Assembly (NCBI RefSeq): GCF_000015145.1
Contig: NC_008818.1
Span: forward strand, 660,001-692,000
Direction of reading: 5' to 3'
Source: Hyperthermus butylicus DSM 5456
Lineage (GTDB): Archaea > Thermoproteota > Thermoprotei_A > Sulfolobales > Pyrodictiaceae
DNA length: 32,000 nucleotides
Numbering within the stretch: the first letter of the stretch is position 1; the number at the start of each line of letters is the position of its first letter. The notes beneath the pieces are model-generated. The model was not told the origin of the DNA. It made no database searches and saw only the letters and a list, made by a program, of their open reading frames with translations. Both the position numbers and the translations under genes were made by a program. Of this stretch, positions 19,185 through 28,355 are shown piece after piece.

Positions 19185-19412
19185 GTGAGCGTTGTTATTA
19201 GCGTCCGTGTGCCCCGCTGGGTTAAGGAGAAGCTGGAGGAGCACGGGGTAAACATAGCAGAGCTTGTCAGGAGGAAGCTTATAGAGGAAGCTCGGAGACT
19301 CGAAGAAGAGGAGCTTGATAGGGAGCTAGAGGAGGTTGGCCGGATTCTAGCTGAGAGGATTGACCCCTATGAGGTAGCGGTGCTAGTCAGAGAGGATCGC
19401 CGTAGCCGGTGA
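19185..19412 (+). CDS. vapB: ribbon-helix-helix antitoxin (VapB-like)
   Basis: 75 aa. The N-terminal beta-strand and two helices (VVISVRVPRWVKEKLEEHGVNIAELVRRKLIEEA) are followed by an acidic tail. It lies immediately upstream of a PIN-domain gene. Confidence 0.6.
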   Translation: MSVVISVRVPRWVKEKLEEHGVNIAELVRRKLIEEARRLEEEELDRELEEVGRILAERIDPYEVAVLVREDRRSR

Positions 19413-19421
19413 TCCTTAGCA

Positions 19422-19869
19422 TTGTACGTGGTTGGCACGAGCGTGTATGTTCCGCTGATAATGCTGCTCCGGAGCCGCCTAAGGAAAGTCATGGTGGAGT
19501 ATGAGTTTCACCTGCTAGACCTTACGCTCTACGAGTCCTGCAACGTGTTCTGGAAGGAGTGTGTAAAGCTCCACCGCATAGACCTGGAGACGGCCAGGCA
19601 GAGCTGCCGCCTGGCTGTAGCCCTGGCGAGATACGCTACTCTGCATCAGCTGGCCGAGCTGGATCCAGGCGAGGTAATCGATATAGCTGTAAAAGAAAAA
19701 CATAACGGTGCACGATGCGTCGTACATAGCTCTAGCCAGGCAGCTGGGCGCACCGCTAGCCAGCAACGACCAAGACCTGCTGAGAGCTGCGCCGAGGCAT
19801 GGCGTCAAGGTCTACAGTCTAGAGGAGTTCCTGGAGATCATAAGGGAGCGGGGTAGCTGGAAAGAATAG
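19422..19869 (+). pseudogene. vapC: PIN-domain toxin VapC, frameshifted in an A-run
   Basis: The first frame (TTG 19422) reads MYVVGTSVYV...LLDLTLYESCNVFWKE...GEVIDIAVKEK. From 19693 the next frame reads KKNITVHDASYIALARQLGAPLASNDQDLLRAAPRHGVKVYSLEEFLEIIRERGSWKE*, with the stop at 19867-19869. The switch must lie within AAAAGAAAAA (19691-19700). Confidence 0.7.
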
Positions 19870-19870
19870 G

Positions 19871-20206
19871 TCAAAAGGATTCCCTGGCACCTACCTGTGT
19901 CCGTGTTGTAGCCTTTCTCGTAGCTGCTTCAGTGGTCTGCTCGCGTTCCTGGCTCAATGCTCCGGCTTTAGCTTGGGTTTCGCTTTCTCCTCGAGCATAT
20001 CCAGAAGAGTTCTGAGCAGGTAGAGTATGTTCTCCAGCAGCCCTTACGACTCTTACCACGTGTTGGTGACTTATACAGAACCCTTGCATACCCGGGTTGA
20101 GTTTTAGTCCTTTCAGTTCAAGATCCTCTTCGGCTCTTCTCAGCTCTCTTACGGCTATGTCTGAGGGGTTGGGTACCACGGAGGCGAACCCTACGGGCTT
20201 AGCCAC
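19871..20206 (-). pseudogene. possible amidohydrolase (PF04909-like) internal fragment
   Basis: KPVGFASVVPNPSDIAVRELRRAEEDLELKGLKLNPGMQGFCISHQHVVRVVRAAGEHTLP resembles the segment after the HxH motif of TIM-barrel amidohydrolases. No HxH-bearing N-terminus is present, because a thioredoxin gene sits 75 nt upstream in the same frame. The C-terminal 50 aa are low-complexity. Confidence 0.3.
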
Positions 20207-20281
20207 GGCAGGATAAGGGGTGGCTACAGCTTTTGTTATGGGTAGTCTCCATAGTGTTCTCTCGCGGTTTGTGGTTACTGG

Positions 20282-20725
20282 CTAGCCTTTGGCTATGTGC
20301 TGTAGTACTATTTGGTGTAGTGTTTCCTCGTCTGCTATTCCGGTGAAGCCGTCTACTGGCCTGCACTTCTTGAATATTACTGTTGTTGGTGTGGCCATTA
20401 CGCCTGCTTCGTATGCTGCTTCGGGCGCGTAGTAGACGTCTACTTCTGCGAATACTATTCTCCTGCCTAGCTTCTTGGAGGTTTCTGCTGCGTACCGGTA
20501 GAATATGGGCTTGTACACGCTGCATGCTGGGCATGTCGGGCTGGTGAATATTGCTACTACTAGGGGGTTACGGCATATTATCTCCCTGAACAGCCCGTAG
20601 CTTGTGATGTATGTTACTGGCTCTCTCGCCTCTACAGCCTCTGCGGACTGGCTGACTCTTTGCTGCGCTATTCTCCTGGCCAGATTCTCTAGTATCTCTT
20701 CGAGCTCTCTATCCTCTTCAGCCAT
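20282..20725 (-). CDS. thioredoxin-fold protein with a CPAC active site and a charged N-terminal extension
   Basis: VAIFTSPTCPACSVYKPIF...FAEVDVYYAPEAAYEAGVMATPTTVIFKK has the thioredoxin layout (CxxC, cis-Pro TP). I prefer ATG 20725. GTG 20740 is an alternative start. Confidence 0.8.
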   Translation of the reverse strand: MAEEDRELEEILENLARRIAQQRVSQSAEAVEAREPVTYITSYGLFREIICRNPLVVAIFTSPTCPACSVYKPIFYRYAAETSKKLGRRIVFAEVDVYYAPEAAYEAGVMATPTTVIFKKCRPVDGFTGIADEETLHQIVLQHIAKG

Positions 20726-21221
20726 GGCCCTAGCCCCCACTATACTGTGGAAGTTTGGTATTAATAGTCTGAGGTATATTTACTTAATCCTATGCAGCCC
20801 AGCACGACTGGCCCTAGGCTGGTGTAGCCTTCATCGAGAAATTGGAGAGCAAGCAGAGCCTCTAGTAGGGTCTCGAGTAGCCTAGCGCTAGCATAGCCTG
20901 TAAGGCTCCCGTTGCGGCTTGGATAGCGGCTTCTCTAGGGTATGTGTATACAGCCATTTGTAGAGTCCCGAGGCTCATGTAGCTCTAGGGGTGCTAATGG
21001 GTGTTGTGATCCTATGATTTTACCGAGCTAGCTGCCAATGACGCTATTGATGTTGCACGGAGAGTTATATACAAGAATATCCCTGGTGTAGAGATAGCTA
21101 CTAGGCGGTGAAGAGGAGGCTTAGTGCCGAGGCCCCCATGGTATCGGTGGGGGCCTGTGGCGTAAAGCGGTCGGCCTCGAGCCCCGCATTGCCTCTCTTG
21201 CCGGAGTCCGGGCCGTGGTGG

Positions 21222-22100
21222 ATGCGGTTGAGAGCCTGCCAGCACAGCGGCGTACTGCTCGTTGGCAGGCTTGCCCGGGAGGCTGCGCCGCCAGTTGTGC
21301 CTGCCAGTGCTATAGGCTCCTGGCACTGGTGCAAGGTGAAGGCATGGCATGCAACCACCCTCTTTAACACTGGCTGGCTGCGCCTGGACAACCTCACAGA
21401 TGAGGCTCTGGATGGCCTCGCGCTGCTCTGGGCAGCGGAGCTGGGCAAGAAGGCTAACCCCCGGATTATAAGGGGCAAGCTTGTGCATGGAGAGCAGCTG
21501 GCTGACGTGATCCTCGAGGCCTCCGAGTACCGCTTAGCAAGGCTGCTCTTGGAGGAGCGTGGCAAGGCGCTGCGCAGGCTACACAGTGATGGGCTCATAC
21601 CCTGCCTCGGCCTCATAGACCCGGAGAGCTTTGAGGAGCAGCTCGCGCGCTACAGGACGGCAAGCGATATCGTCGAGTACTTCCGTAGGGAGGAGTGGCC
21701 CCTCATAGCCCGCAGGCCGTCGCACCGCAGCTACGTGGTGATAGGGGTTCCCGACGAGATAGCCTGGGACGACGGCGGTGTGAAAGTGGTGGAGCTGAAG
21801 ACGACAGGGAAGCCGTGGCTCGTGAAGGCTCGCCGGCAGGGCTACCGGGCAGCACTAGCACAGCTAGCGGCCTACGCCTGGATGCTCGTGGACCGCTGGC
21901 CTCTCGAGACAGCAGAGCTTGTCTTCAAGGACTATGCCGGCAATACCGTGCTCCGGGAGAAGCACGACCCTCTAGAGCTAGCCGAGCTGTTCGAAAAGGA
22001 AATACTCCCAATAGCCGACGAGCTCGCTTCCCAGGAGCCGCCAGGGCAGCCAGCCAGGCCGCCGTGCCAGAGCTGTGAGTACAACACGGTTAGAGGGTAG
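21222..22100 (+). CDS. Cas4-like PD-(D/E)xK nuclease (DUF83-like), stand-alone
   Basis: The C-terminal half reads GVPDEIAWDDGGVKVVELKTTGKP...YRAALAQLAAYAWML...PPCQSCEY, i.e. D...ExK, QxxxY and a terminal CxxC. The N-terminal WHWCKVKAW supplies the fourth Cys position typical of Cas4. The start is uncertain (ATG 21222 or GTG 21297), and the track start 21108 looks too long. Antisense ORFs 21012..21488 and 21101..21616 are judged spurious. Confidence 0.6.
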   Translation: MRLRACQHSGVLLVGRLAREAAPPVVPASAIGSWHWCKVKAWHATTLFNTGWLRLDNLTDEALDGLALLWAAELGKKANPRIIRGKLVHGEQLADVILEASEYRLARLLLEERGKALRRLHSDGLIPCLGLIDPESFEEQLARYRTASDIVEYFRREEWPLIARRPSHRSYVVIGVPDEIAWDDGGVKVVELKTTGKPWLVKARRQGYRAALAQLAAYAWMLVDRWPLETAELVFKDYAGNTVLREKHDPLELAELFEKEILPIADELASQEPPGQPARPPCQSCEYNTVRG

Positions 22101-22284
22101 GCCTAGCCCGGGCAGCACAGCCGGACGCCATGGGATATCCCGGAGCATAGCCTCCTTGTTATACTCCTAGTATACCGGTTAGGCGTCTCGTTTGTTGAGT
22201 AGGCTCCACATGTGACACCTCTCCTGCGCTAGACGGGGCTCCACATAAACGCTATACGGGTGCAATAGCGCTAGCCTCCTCCTG

Positions 22285-23598
22285 GTGGCCTGGGTGGGCG
22301 AGGAGCTGGACACGATTCTCCAGGCGCTTTCCCATCCGACGCGGCGCTGTATAGTAAGGGTTCTTGGCGAGAAGGAGGAGGCAAGCTATGCCGAGCTGAT
22401 GCAGGAGTGTGGCGTAAATGATTCGGGCACGTTTGCCTTCCACCTGCGCAGGCTGCAGGGCATCGTGGAGAAAATGGGGGAGGGCAGCTACAGGCTAACA
22501 GGTCTTGGCCGTAGAGCGTACGAGGTTCTCTTGGCATTAATGGGTGAGGGCCGGCTTTCAACACGTGAACAGGGTGGATGGGACGGGATAGTGTATGGTG
22601 GTAGCTACGAGCTGTGGCTCACGGGGAGGCATCTGGACTACGCGGAGTCCAAGCACGCAAGGATAGTTATACGTGATGTTGACAAGCTGGTCATAGCAAG
22701 TGATGTTGAGCCGGAGAGGTTTGACAAGCTCGTGGAGTCTATAGAGGATGTGGATACTATTATTGCGCCGCGGAAGCTTGCCCCCATGCTGGAGGCTAAG
22801 GCTAGGGACTACGAGGAGATACGCTACTATGATGGTTTGGAGCCCCCGGTGCGTCGTGGTTTCCTGGAGAAGCTCGCGGGGATAGCGTCGTGGCTCCAAG
22901 CGCCTAAGCGTACAGTGCTACTCCTGGAGGAGAGTGTAGATCCCGGTGATGCTGAGGAACTGCGCCTAGAAGCTAGGGGCTGCGCCGTCAAGGTTCAGTC
23001 TAGCGCTGGTGATAAGCTTGTGGTGAGGCTCTACGGTAGGCGTGGCAGCAAAGCACAGACTGTAGTATCTAGGAAGGGTGGCGCGGTGCTTGTCTCATGC
23101 CCAGAGGGAGTTAGGGATGCGAGGCTCGAGATAGACGTGCCACCCAGCTGGAGGCCGCGCCTCACCATAGAGGCGAAGGCAGCAGCTGTGAAGGCCCATG
23201 GGCTTGCCGTGGCAGGGCTCGAGGCCTCGTGTAGCGCATCGGCCCTCAGCGCTGATGTCGAGATAGCTCCATCGTCTAGCCAGCCCGTACTAAAGCTAAT
23301 CGGCAAGGCGACATCGGCTAGTGTGAAGGCCAGGTTTGAGCCGTGGCGGGGTGAGGCCCTAGCGGAGATCGATGCTAGCGCTTCGGCGGTGAGGCTTGAG
23401 GCGAGCCTGCCGCGGGGCACTGCCATTAGCTTGGAGCCGACCAGGCTCGACTACTCGTCGGCTGTGAAGCTCGTGGCTGACGGCAGGACTGTGCGGGGGG
23501 CGCTGGGATACCGGGAGGAGGATGGTGAGAGGAGGCTGAGGATACGATTGTCGGGCTCGGCGAGCGCTGTGAAGATAGTGTTGAACCGTGCCGGGTAG
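22285..23598 (+). CDS. ArsR-type wHTH fused to a long DUF4097-like beta-strand-repeat domain
   Basis: The N-terminus is LQALSHPTRRCIVRVLGEKEEASYAELMQECGVNDSGTFAFHLRRLQ (ArsR/SmtB HTH). The C-terminal ~200 aa carry a recurring xSA(V/L)K(V/L)xx strand motif: GCAVKVQS, AAAVKAHG, SASALSADV, TSASVKARF, ASAVRLEA, SSAVKLVA, ASAVKIVL. Confidence 0.7.
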   Translation: MAWVGEELDTILQALSHPTRRCIVRVLGEKEEASYAELMQECGVNDSGTFAFHLRRLQGIVEKMGEGSYRLTGLGRRAYEVLLALMGEGRLSTREQGGWDGIVYGGSYELWLTGRHLDYAESKHARIVIRDVDKLVIASDVEPERFDKLVESIEDVDTIIAPRKLAPMLEAKARDYEEIRYYDGLEPPVRRGFLEKLAGIASWLQAPKRTVLLLEESVDPGDAEELRLEARGCAVKVQSSAGDKLVVRLYGRRGSKAQTVVSRKGGAVLVSCPEGVRDARLEIDVPPSWRPRLTIEAKAAAVKAHGLAVAGLEASCSASALSADVEIAPSSSQPVLKLIGKATSASVKARFEPWRGEALAEIDASASAVRLEASLPRGTAISLEPTRLDYSSAVKLVADGRTVRGALGYREEDGERRLRIRLSGSASAVKIVLNRAG

Positions 23599-23650
23599 TA
23601 GTGCTTATCAAGCCCCGGCGGGCCGGGGCCTCTAACCAATCCTGGGCAGC

Positions 23651-24241
23651 GTGGCGGACCGGCTACTCATAGTGTTCGAGGGCGGGCCCGGGATAGGGAA
23701 GACCACTCTATCCAGGCTCCTCGCCGAGCTCCTCGAAAGGCGTGGCCGTAAAACCTGTGTAGTCTGGGATGCCGTCCGGGGCATAGCACCCGTCCTATCC
23801 AGGCTCTTCGGGGAGTGGTACCGTGCGCCGCGAGAGCTGATAGAGTACATGTTTCTTGGCTACCAGCTCCGCCGGCTCCACGAGTGCGTCGAGGCTGACA
23901 CGGACACGGTGATACTCGACTACGGTGTCGAAGCACCGCTAGCATATATGGAGGCCGACGGGGTACCCTACCCTAAGGAGCTCGAAGAGCTCGCCGAGGC
24001 GGTACTCTCGGGGTGGAGGGTGGTCGTATTCATTCTTGAGCAGCCGGTAGCCTATAGCACCGATGTGGTACGGTGGGAGGATCCCCGGAGGGCCCAAGGC
24101 TACGCGAGAAGGCTCATAGCACGAGCGCTAAGCCTCGTGGAGAGGCTCGGAGCCGTCGCCTACGTGCTACCCGAAAAGCCAAGCGTTGAGGAGCGGGCCT
24201 TGCTGGCGCCTAAAAATGCTCGAGCTAGGAGGATATCTTGA
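23651..24241 (+). CDS. P-loop NTPase, (d)NMP-kinase/thymidylate-kinase-like
   Basis: 196 aa. LLIVFEGGPGIGKTTLSRLLAELL (Walker A in a kinase-like context) and later VILDYGVEAPLAY (a DRY/lid-like region). No specific substrate can be called. Confidence 0.6.
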   Translation: MADRLLIVFEGGPGIGKTTLSRLLAELLERRGRKTCVVWDAVRGIAPVLSRLFGEWYRAPRELIEYMFLGYQLRRLHECVEADTDTVILDYGVEAPLAYMEADGVPYPKELEELAEAVLSGWRVVVFILEQPVAYSTDVVRWEDPRRAQGYARRLIARALSLVERLGAVAYVLPEKPSVEERALLAPKNARARRIS

Positions 24242-24779
24242 CGACGCCCTTAACGCTGCAGACGTGGAGGATGCCGGTGTTGGAGTCTAGCGCTCTAAGC
24301 TCAACAACAACCGGCACCTCCTGGGCGTGGAGAAGTTCGTCCGGCAGCTGCACAGCTATAATGCTGGTTGTGGGCGGTGGCAGTACCTGGATACACACGG
24401 CATGCGGCGGTGGCGACATATAGTTGGCCTCAACCGCCACGACAAGCGTATCGTTCACCCAGCGCGGCCAAGCACTGAGCTTGTTCAGGCTGTAGCAGGG
24501 GTTGGGCAGCCCAACAGAGTAGTGTATGAGGATAGTATCGTTACTAGCCACCGTAACGCCAGCGCTTAGCGTCATCGCGCCAGCCCTGCAGAGCCCTAGA
24601 TGCTCCCCCGCAACCGGCACCACAGTGATGTTATCGACCGGCATGGGCTCGGTGCCTATCCAACCAGGTCCAGGCATGTGCCCCGGCACGCTGATAGACA
24701 CGCTCCACATCATAGCAAGCATGAATACCAATAGCAACAGTATGGTAAGCCAGTCCATAAGCCCGCGCAAAAACAGCAC
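24225..24779 (-). CDS. membrane-anchored/secreted hypothetical protein
   Basis: 184-aa ORF with an N-terminal hydrophobic segment (WLTILLLLVFMLAMMW) and then a beta-rich ectodomain. No family recognised. It converges on the P-loop gene and overlaps it by 17 nt. Confidence 0.5.
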   Translation of the reverse strand: MLFLRGLMDWLTILLLLVFMLAMMWSVSISVPGHMPGPGWIGTEPMPVDNITVVPVAGEHLGLCRAGAMTLSAGVTVASNDTILIHYSVGLPNPCYSLNKLSAWPRWVNDTLVVAVEANYMSPPPHAVCIQVLPPPTTSIIAVQLPDELLHAQEVPVVVELRALDSNTGILHVCSVKGVVKISS

Positions 24780-24871
24780 ACCTCCGGAAGGAGAGCAAGC
24801 CTGTACACCCTATTAGGGCGACTCCTTCAAAAAACCGTGCGGGACAATCCTATACAGTGGTGAGCTAGGAT

Positions 24872-25789
24872 TTGAAGGTGTTCATAGCGGGCATCGACGG
24901 GCTTGAATACGAGCTGGTCGTAAGGTGGAGGCTTCGCGGCCTAATGCAGCGCTACTATGGGAGGCACGATGTAACAGTCGCTGTGAGACCTGGTGAGCCC
25001 CTCTACACCCCGTTTATCTGGGCCTCATTCCTCCTCGGCAGGCCCAGCTACGAGCTAGGATTCTCCTATTCGAGGCAGAGGGTTGAGAGGGACGCCCAGG
25101 CCTACCCGCCGCTACTAAGGCTGTTCTACAAGCTGAGGGTTCGCCTCCTAGGCTACCGCAGCCTCGGCATCAGAAGGCTCCTCGTGAAGCTGGGGCTATA
25201 CAGCTTCGAGAGAGCTGGGGCAGCCGCAGAGAAGTACGAGACTATGCCCGGTGAGCTTGTTGAGCACACTTTCGTGGCGAAAGCGGAGAAGATGGGGTAC
25301 AGAGTCTGGTTCAAGGAGTTCCCCTCCCTCAGAGACCCAACCTTTGCGCAGCACCGCGTTGGGCTGACGAAACTGTTCGATGCAGACTACGGGGAGAGGA
25401 TAAGGTTCCTCTACGACATGCTCGATAGGGCTGAGAAAGATTTCCACGAGGCCGCTAGGATGCTCGACGAGTACGACCTGGTACTCTACTACACCTCGGT
25501 AATCGACGAGGCCCACCACCTCATCTATAGGCCTGACAGCCTTAAGCTCATGACTGTGCTCCGGAGCATCTACGGCAGGGTGGAGAAGATGATAGCGGAG
25601 CTGGCGGGCAAGAAAGGTGGGCGGGTAGCCATACTCGTTGTGAGCGACCATGGCTACGATTCAAGACTGCATGAGCACAGCCCATACGGCTACTGGAGCC
25701 TCAACGTAGAGCCTCCACGGAGGCCGGAAAAAGTGACAGACTTCCACGACATAGTACTGGAGCTACTAGAGAAGCCACCAAAGGGCTGA
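24872..25789 (+). CDS. alkaline-phosphatase-superfamily protein (type I phosphodiesterase/nucleotide pyrophosphatase-like)
   Basis: 305 aa. An N-terminal VFIAGIDGLEYE, an internal VIDEAHH and a C-terminal AILVVSDHGYD are the metal-ligand motifs of the PF01663-like group. TTG/GTG start. Confidence 0.65.
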   Translation: MKVFIAGIDGLEYELVVRWRLRGLMQRYYGRHDVTVAVRPGEPLYTPFIWASFLLGRPSYELGFSYSRQRVERDAQAYPPLLRLFYKLRVRLLGYRSLGIRRLLVKLGLYSFERAGAAAEKYETMPGELVEHTFVAKAEKMGYRVWFKEFPSLRDPTFAQHRVGLTKLFDADYGERIRFLYDMLDRAEKDFHEAARMLDEYDLVLYYTSVIDEAHHLIYRPDSLKLMTVLRSIYGRVEKMIAELAGKKGGRVAILVVSDHGYDSRLHEHSPYGYWSLNVEPPRRPEKVTDFHDIVLELLEKPPKG

Positions 25790-26067
25790 TGAGCTGGGCT
25801 GGAGGCGGCACGGAGAGTGTGTAGCACCAGCTTAAGGCTTATCCTCCAGCCCTGGGTATCCAGTATACCGGCTGTGATGATCGCGCCGGAAGCGAACCCC
25901 GGACCGAGGCGCCGAGGAGGGGCGCTGATGGCGTAAGCCGGGTTGGCTGAAGCCCCAGCCCAGCCACTCCGCATTGTCTAGCGTGGAGGGAGAACTGTCC
26001 GTCGGGTTGTAGGTTGTGGCTGCCTCCCATAGGGCGTAGCGTTTAGGCCGCAGCGTCCATGTTCCCT

Positions 26068-26505
26068 CTATGTTCTGCGCCGCCAGCCCCAGCCGGTGGG
26101 TGTTAGCGGCTGGCCACAGACGTCCTCGACGTGTATCGCCCCGGCTTCTAGGCCGTCGCGGAGCTGCCGGAGGTACCGTAGCCACGGCGAAACCTGGGCG
26201 TAGCCCATTACGGGTATGAGGGCTGCCATTACTGCCACGGCGAGGAGTGGGAGTAGGAAGAAGCCGCCAAAGGGCACGTTGATCCACGCCAGTGCTGCGA
26301 GCGAAAACGCTATAACAGCAGCCGATACAGCCACCTGGATGAAAATCGTCCTCTTCGCGGCCGCGATGGCCGCGTCGAGAGCAGCTATAGCTGCTTCACG
26401 GTCGCAGGGCAAGACGAGGATGAACCCTCCAGGGCCAACCCAGGGGGCAAGCCACCCAGCCCCACATGGAACGCTACAGCAGCACGGGGAGCCAGCTACA
26501 ACCAT
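26068..26505 (-). CDS. hypothetical two-TM membrane protein
   Basis: The ORF-track entry 26068..26646 is trimmed to ATG 26505, so that it does not overlap the divergent gene at 26572. Two clear hydrophobic helices are IFIQVAVSAAVIAFSLAALAWI and FFLLPLLAVAVMAALIPVM. No family recognised. Confidence 0.4.
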   Translation of the reverse strand: MVVAGSPCCCSVPCGAGWLAPWVGPGGFILVLPCDREAAIAALDAAIAAAKRTIFIQVAVSAAVIAFSLAALAWINVPFGGFFLLPLLAVAVMAALIPVMGYAQVSPWLRYLRQLRDGLEAGAIHVEDVCGQPLTPTGWGWRRRT

Positions 26506-26571
26506 ATACCTGCACCAGCTCCTCCCAGTAAAAAGGACGGGGCCCACCCCCGGGTCAAGCATAGACCCGGC

Positions 26572-26946
26572 ATGCAGGGGAGGTTGCCGGGAAGGTTGTC
26601 GCAGCGCGACCTCGAGGAGAGGCTGCTGAGCTACCTGCGGGAGCACCCCGGCAGCAGTCCGAGAGAGATCGCCGACGCGCTCGGCGAACCCCTACAGCGC
26701 GTGAGGGCGGCGCTGGCCAGGCTCCGCAACCGGGGCCTCGTAGCCCGGGGCGAGGAGGGCCACTACTATGTAGTGGCACCCGCGGTCCGCGGCCTCTCGA
26801 GACGAGAGGTTAGGAGGCCCGTCTCAACAACGCTCCACGGAGACCTAGACGCGCTGGTCGAGGCTATAGAGGACCTGCGGCGCCGCATAGAAGAGCTTGA
26901 GGAACGGGTGGCTAGGCTGGAGGAAAGATGCCAGTGCAAGGGCTAG
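26572..26946 (+). CDS. wHTH DNA-binding protein with C-terminal coiled coil
   Basis: 124 aa. LLSYLREHPGSSPREIADALGEPLQRVRAALARLRNRGLVARGEEGHYYVV has a winged-helix layout. It is followed by LDALVEAIEDLRRRIEELEERVARLEER (heptad-like). Confidence 0.6.
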   Translation: MQGRLPGRLSQRDLEERLLSYLREHPGSSPREIADALGEPLQRVRAALARLRNRGLVARGEEGHYYVVAPAVRGLSRREVRRPVSTTLHGDLDALVEAIEDLRRRIEELEERVARLEERCQCKG

Positions 26947-27214
26947 GCCGTGGAGGACTATACCTCCCAGTGCCCCTGGTATTACGTGTCTACGAGATAA
27001 GGGAGCCCTGGCCTAAACCCCGATTCTAGCCTGTATCGCTCAGCTGTTCCTGTCTCTCGAGAGGGGCTAGTCTACCTGTTCGCCGCGAATCTCCACGCCG
27101 AGCTGCTCCTCCAGCCCTCCATGGCTTTGGGGCATGGTTTTCTCCAGCTCTATCGTCTTAGAGGATAGGTCTATTGTTATGCGGTGCTACTAGCCCCTTA
27201 CTACTCCGCGGAAA

Positions 27215-28015
27215 CTATACAACGACCTTGCCTCCATCTACCCTGACGTCGGGCGATCTGAGGTCTACTATCTCCTCGGATTCCACCCTAAACATGTAGG
27301 CTATCGCGCTAGCTGCCTCATCGTCGATTGTGAATGTTCTAGCTACCCTTTCTACCGGAATGCTGCTTGTCAGGTTGTACTCCTCAAGGGCTACATAGAG
27401 AACGTTGCCTCTCAGCGTTATGTTCAGGAGGAACGAGTAGACGCTGGGGAAGCAGTACACCCAGTAGAGGATAAAGGGGGTACTATTATCGAGCCTGCCG
27501 CCCCACCAGCAGTATAGTCCTAGGCGATCCCCACAGCGGCAGCCTCCTCCCCCTCCCCCGTGGAGGAGTCCCCGGCTCCGGAGCTCATCGATTTCTGCGG
27601 GCGGAGCTATGCGGACTCCAATCTCAACATCCAACGTCTTAGCATCGACCACGTAGAGGAGCGGTGTGTAAAACACTCTAGAGCCGGGTTCCAGCTGCTA
27701 GGCCCAGATGTACAGTGTGTCGTCAACCATTACACATCTATACGTAACTATTCCGCTGGTGCCGAGGCCCCTACGGGCTAGGAGGCCCCCATTGCTTGTC
27801 CTTCTAGCTTCAACAATCAGCTCCCCGGGGCTGTCGCCAGCCCAGCGGTCATATACCATGTAGAGCTTCCCATCCACCACGCCGCAAGGACTAGCATCTG
27901 CATGGCCGAGGCTTATGCTTCAATCTTCCCTGAACCCTGTGTAGAGAAATGCGGCCACGGAGTAGATGAGCAGGAGGAGGAAAGCTAGCACCACCGCCCT
28001 AGGCCAGCTCAGCAT
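27215..28015 (-). pseudogene. membrane-anchored hypothetical protein interrupted by two in-frame stops (TGA 27920-27922, TAG 27698-27700)
   Basis: One continuous frame runs from ATG 28015 to the terminal TAG at 27215-27217. It reads MLSWPRAVVLAFLLLLIYSVAAFLYTGFRED*SISLGHADAS...MVDDTLYIWA*QLEPGSRVFYTPLLYVV... The track ORFs 27698..27880 and 27215..27676 are in the same phase (their starts are all congruent to 1 mod 3). Confidence 0.55.
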
Positions 28016-28355
28016 AATACACTTTAGAGCCTCCCTCACACCATGCATCCACGACACATACATGCACCATGCTACAGCTTCTTTGACAGCCTAAACCCTC
28101 CCCACGGTAGATCCATCCTCCAAGGTTAAGGCCTGTGCGTATAACGTGCCGCAGGAAGGATATTTCTCAGCACAGCATTTACAAGCTAGTGTAACAGCAC
28201 AACATGCAGAGTACGCATCATACATACCTTTTCCAGAGCCGATGCATAATGCTCCTGGCGACACGGTCTACCGCCAACTGTGTTGGGGGCTTCCGCTGAC
28301 GTGGCTCTGATTCCCGGTCGAGGCGGCACTATTATCTGGAATCACTATTCGTGTA

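Noticed and set aside
25790-26070. Protein-like minus-strand translations in two frames (…NIEGTWTLRPKRYALWEAATTYNPTDSSPSTLDNAEWLGWGFSQPG… and …ANPAYAISAPPRRLGPGFASGAIITAGILDTQGW…) downstream of the 26068..26505 membrane-protein gene.
   Set aside because: They might be another frameshifted remnant. I recognise no family, there is no start codon in context, and high GC inflates ORF-like stretches. Frameshift-aware BLASTX would be needed to decide.
3781-28015. The idea that the in-frame stops reflect stop-codon recoding or read-through (a Pyl/Sec-like or alternative code).
   Set aside because: All three stop codons occur as in-frame interruptions, and all three are also used as ordinary terminators of intact neighbouring genes: TAG for nadC, nadA and the ABC ATPase, TAA for the binding protein, and TGA for permease 1. 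The affected genes also carry frameshifts or deletions. Pseudogenisation or sequence error is the simpler explanation.
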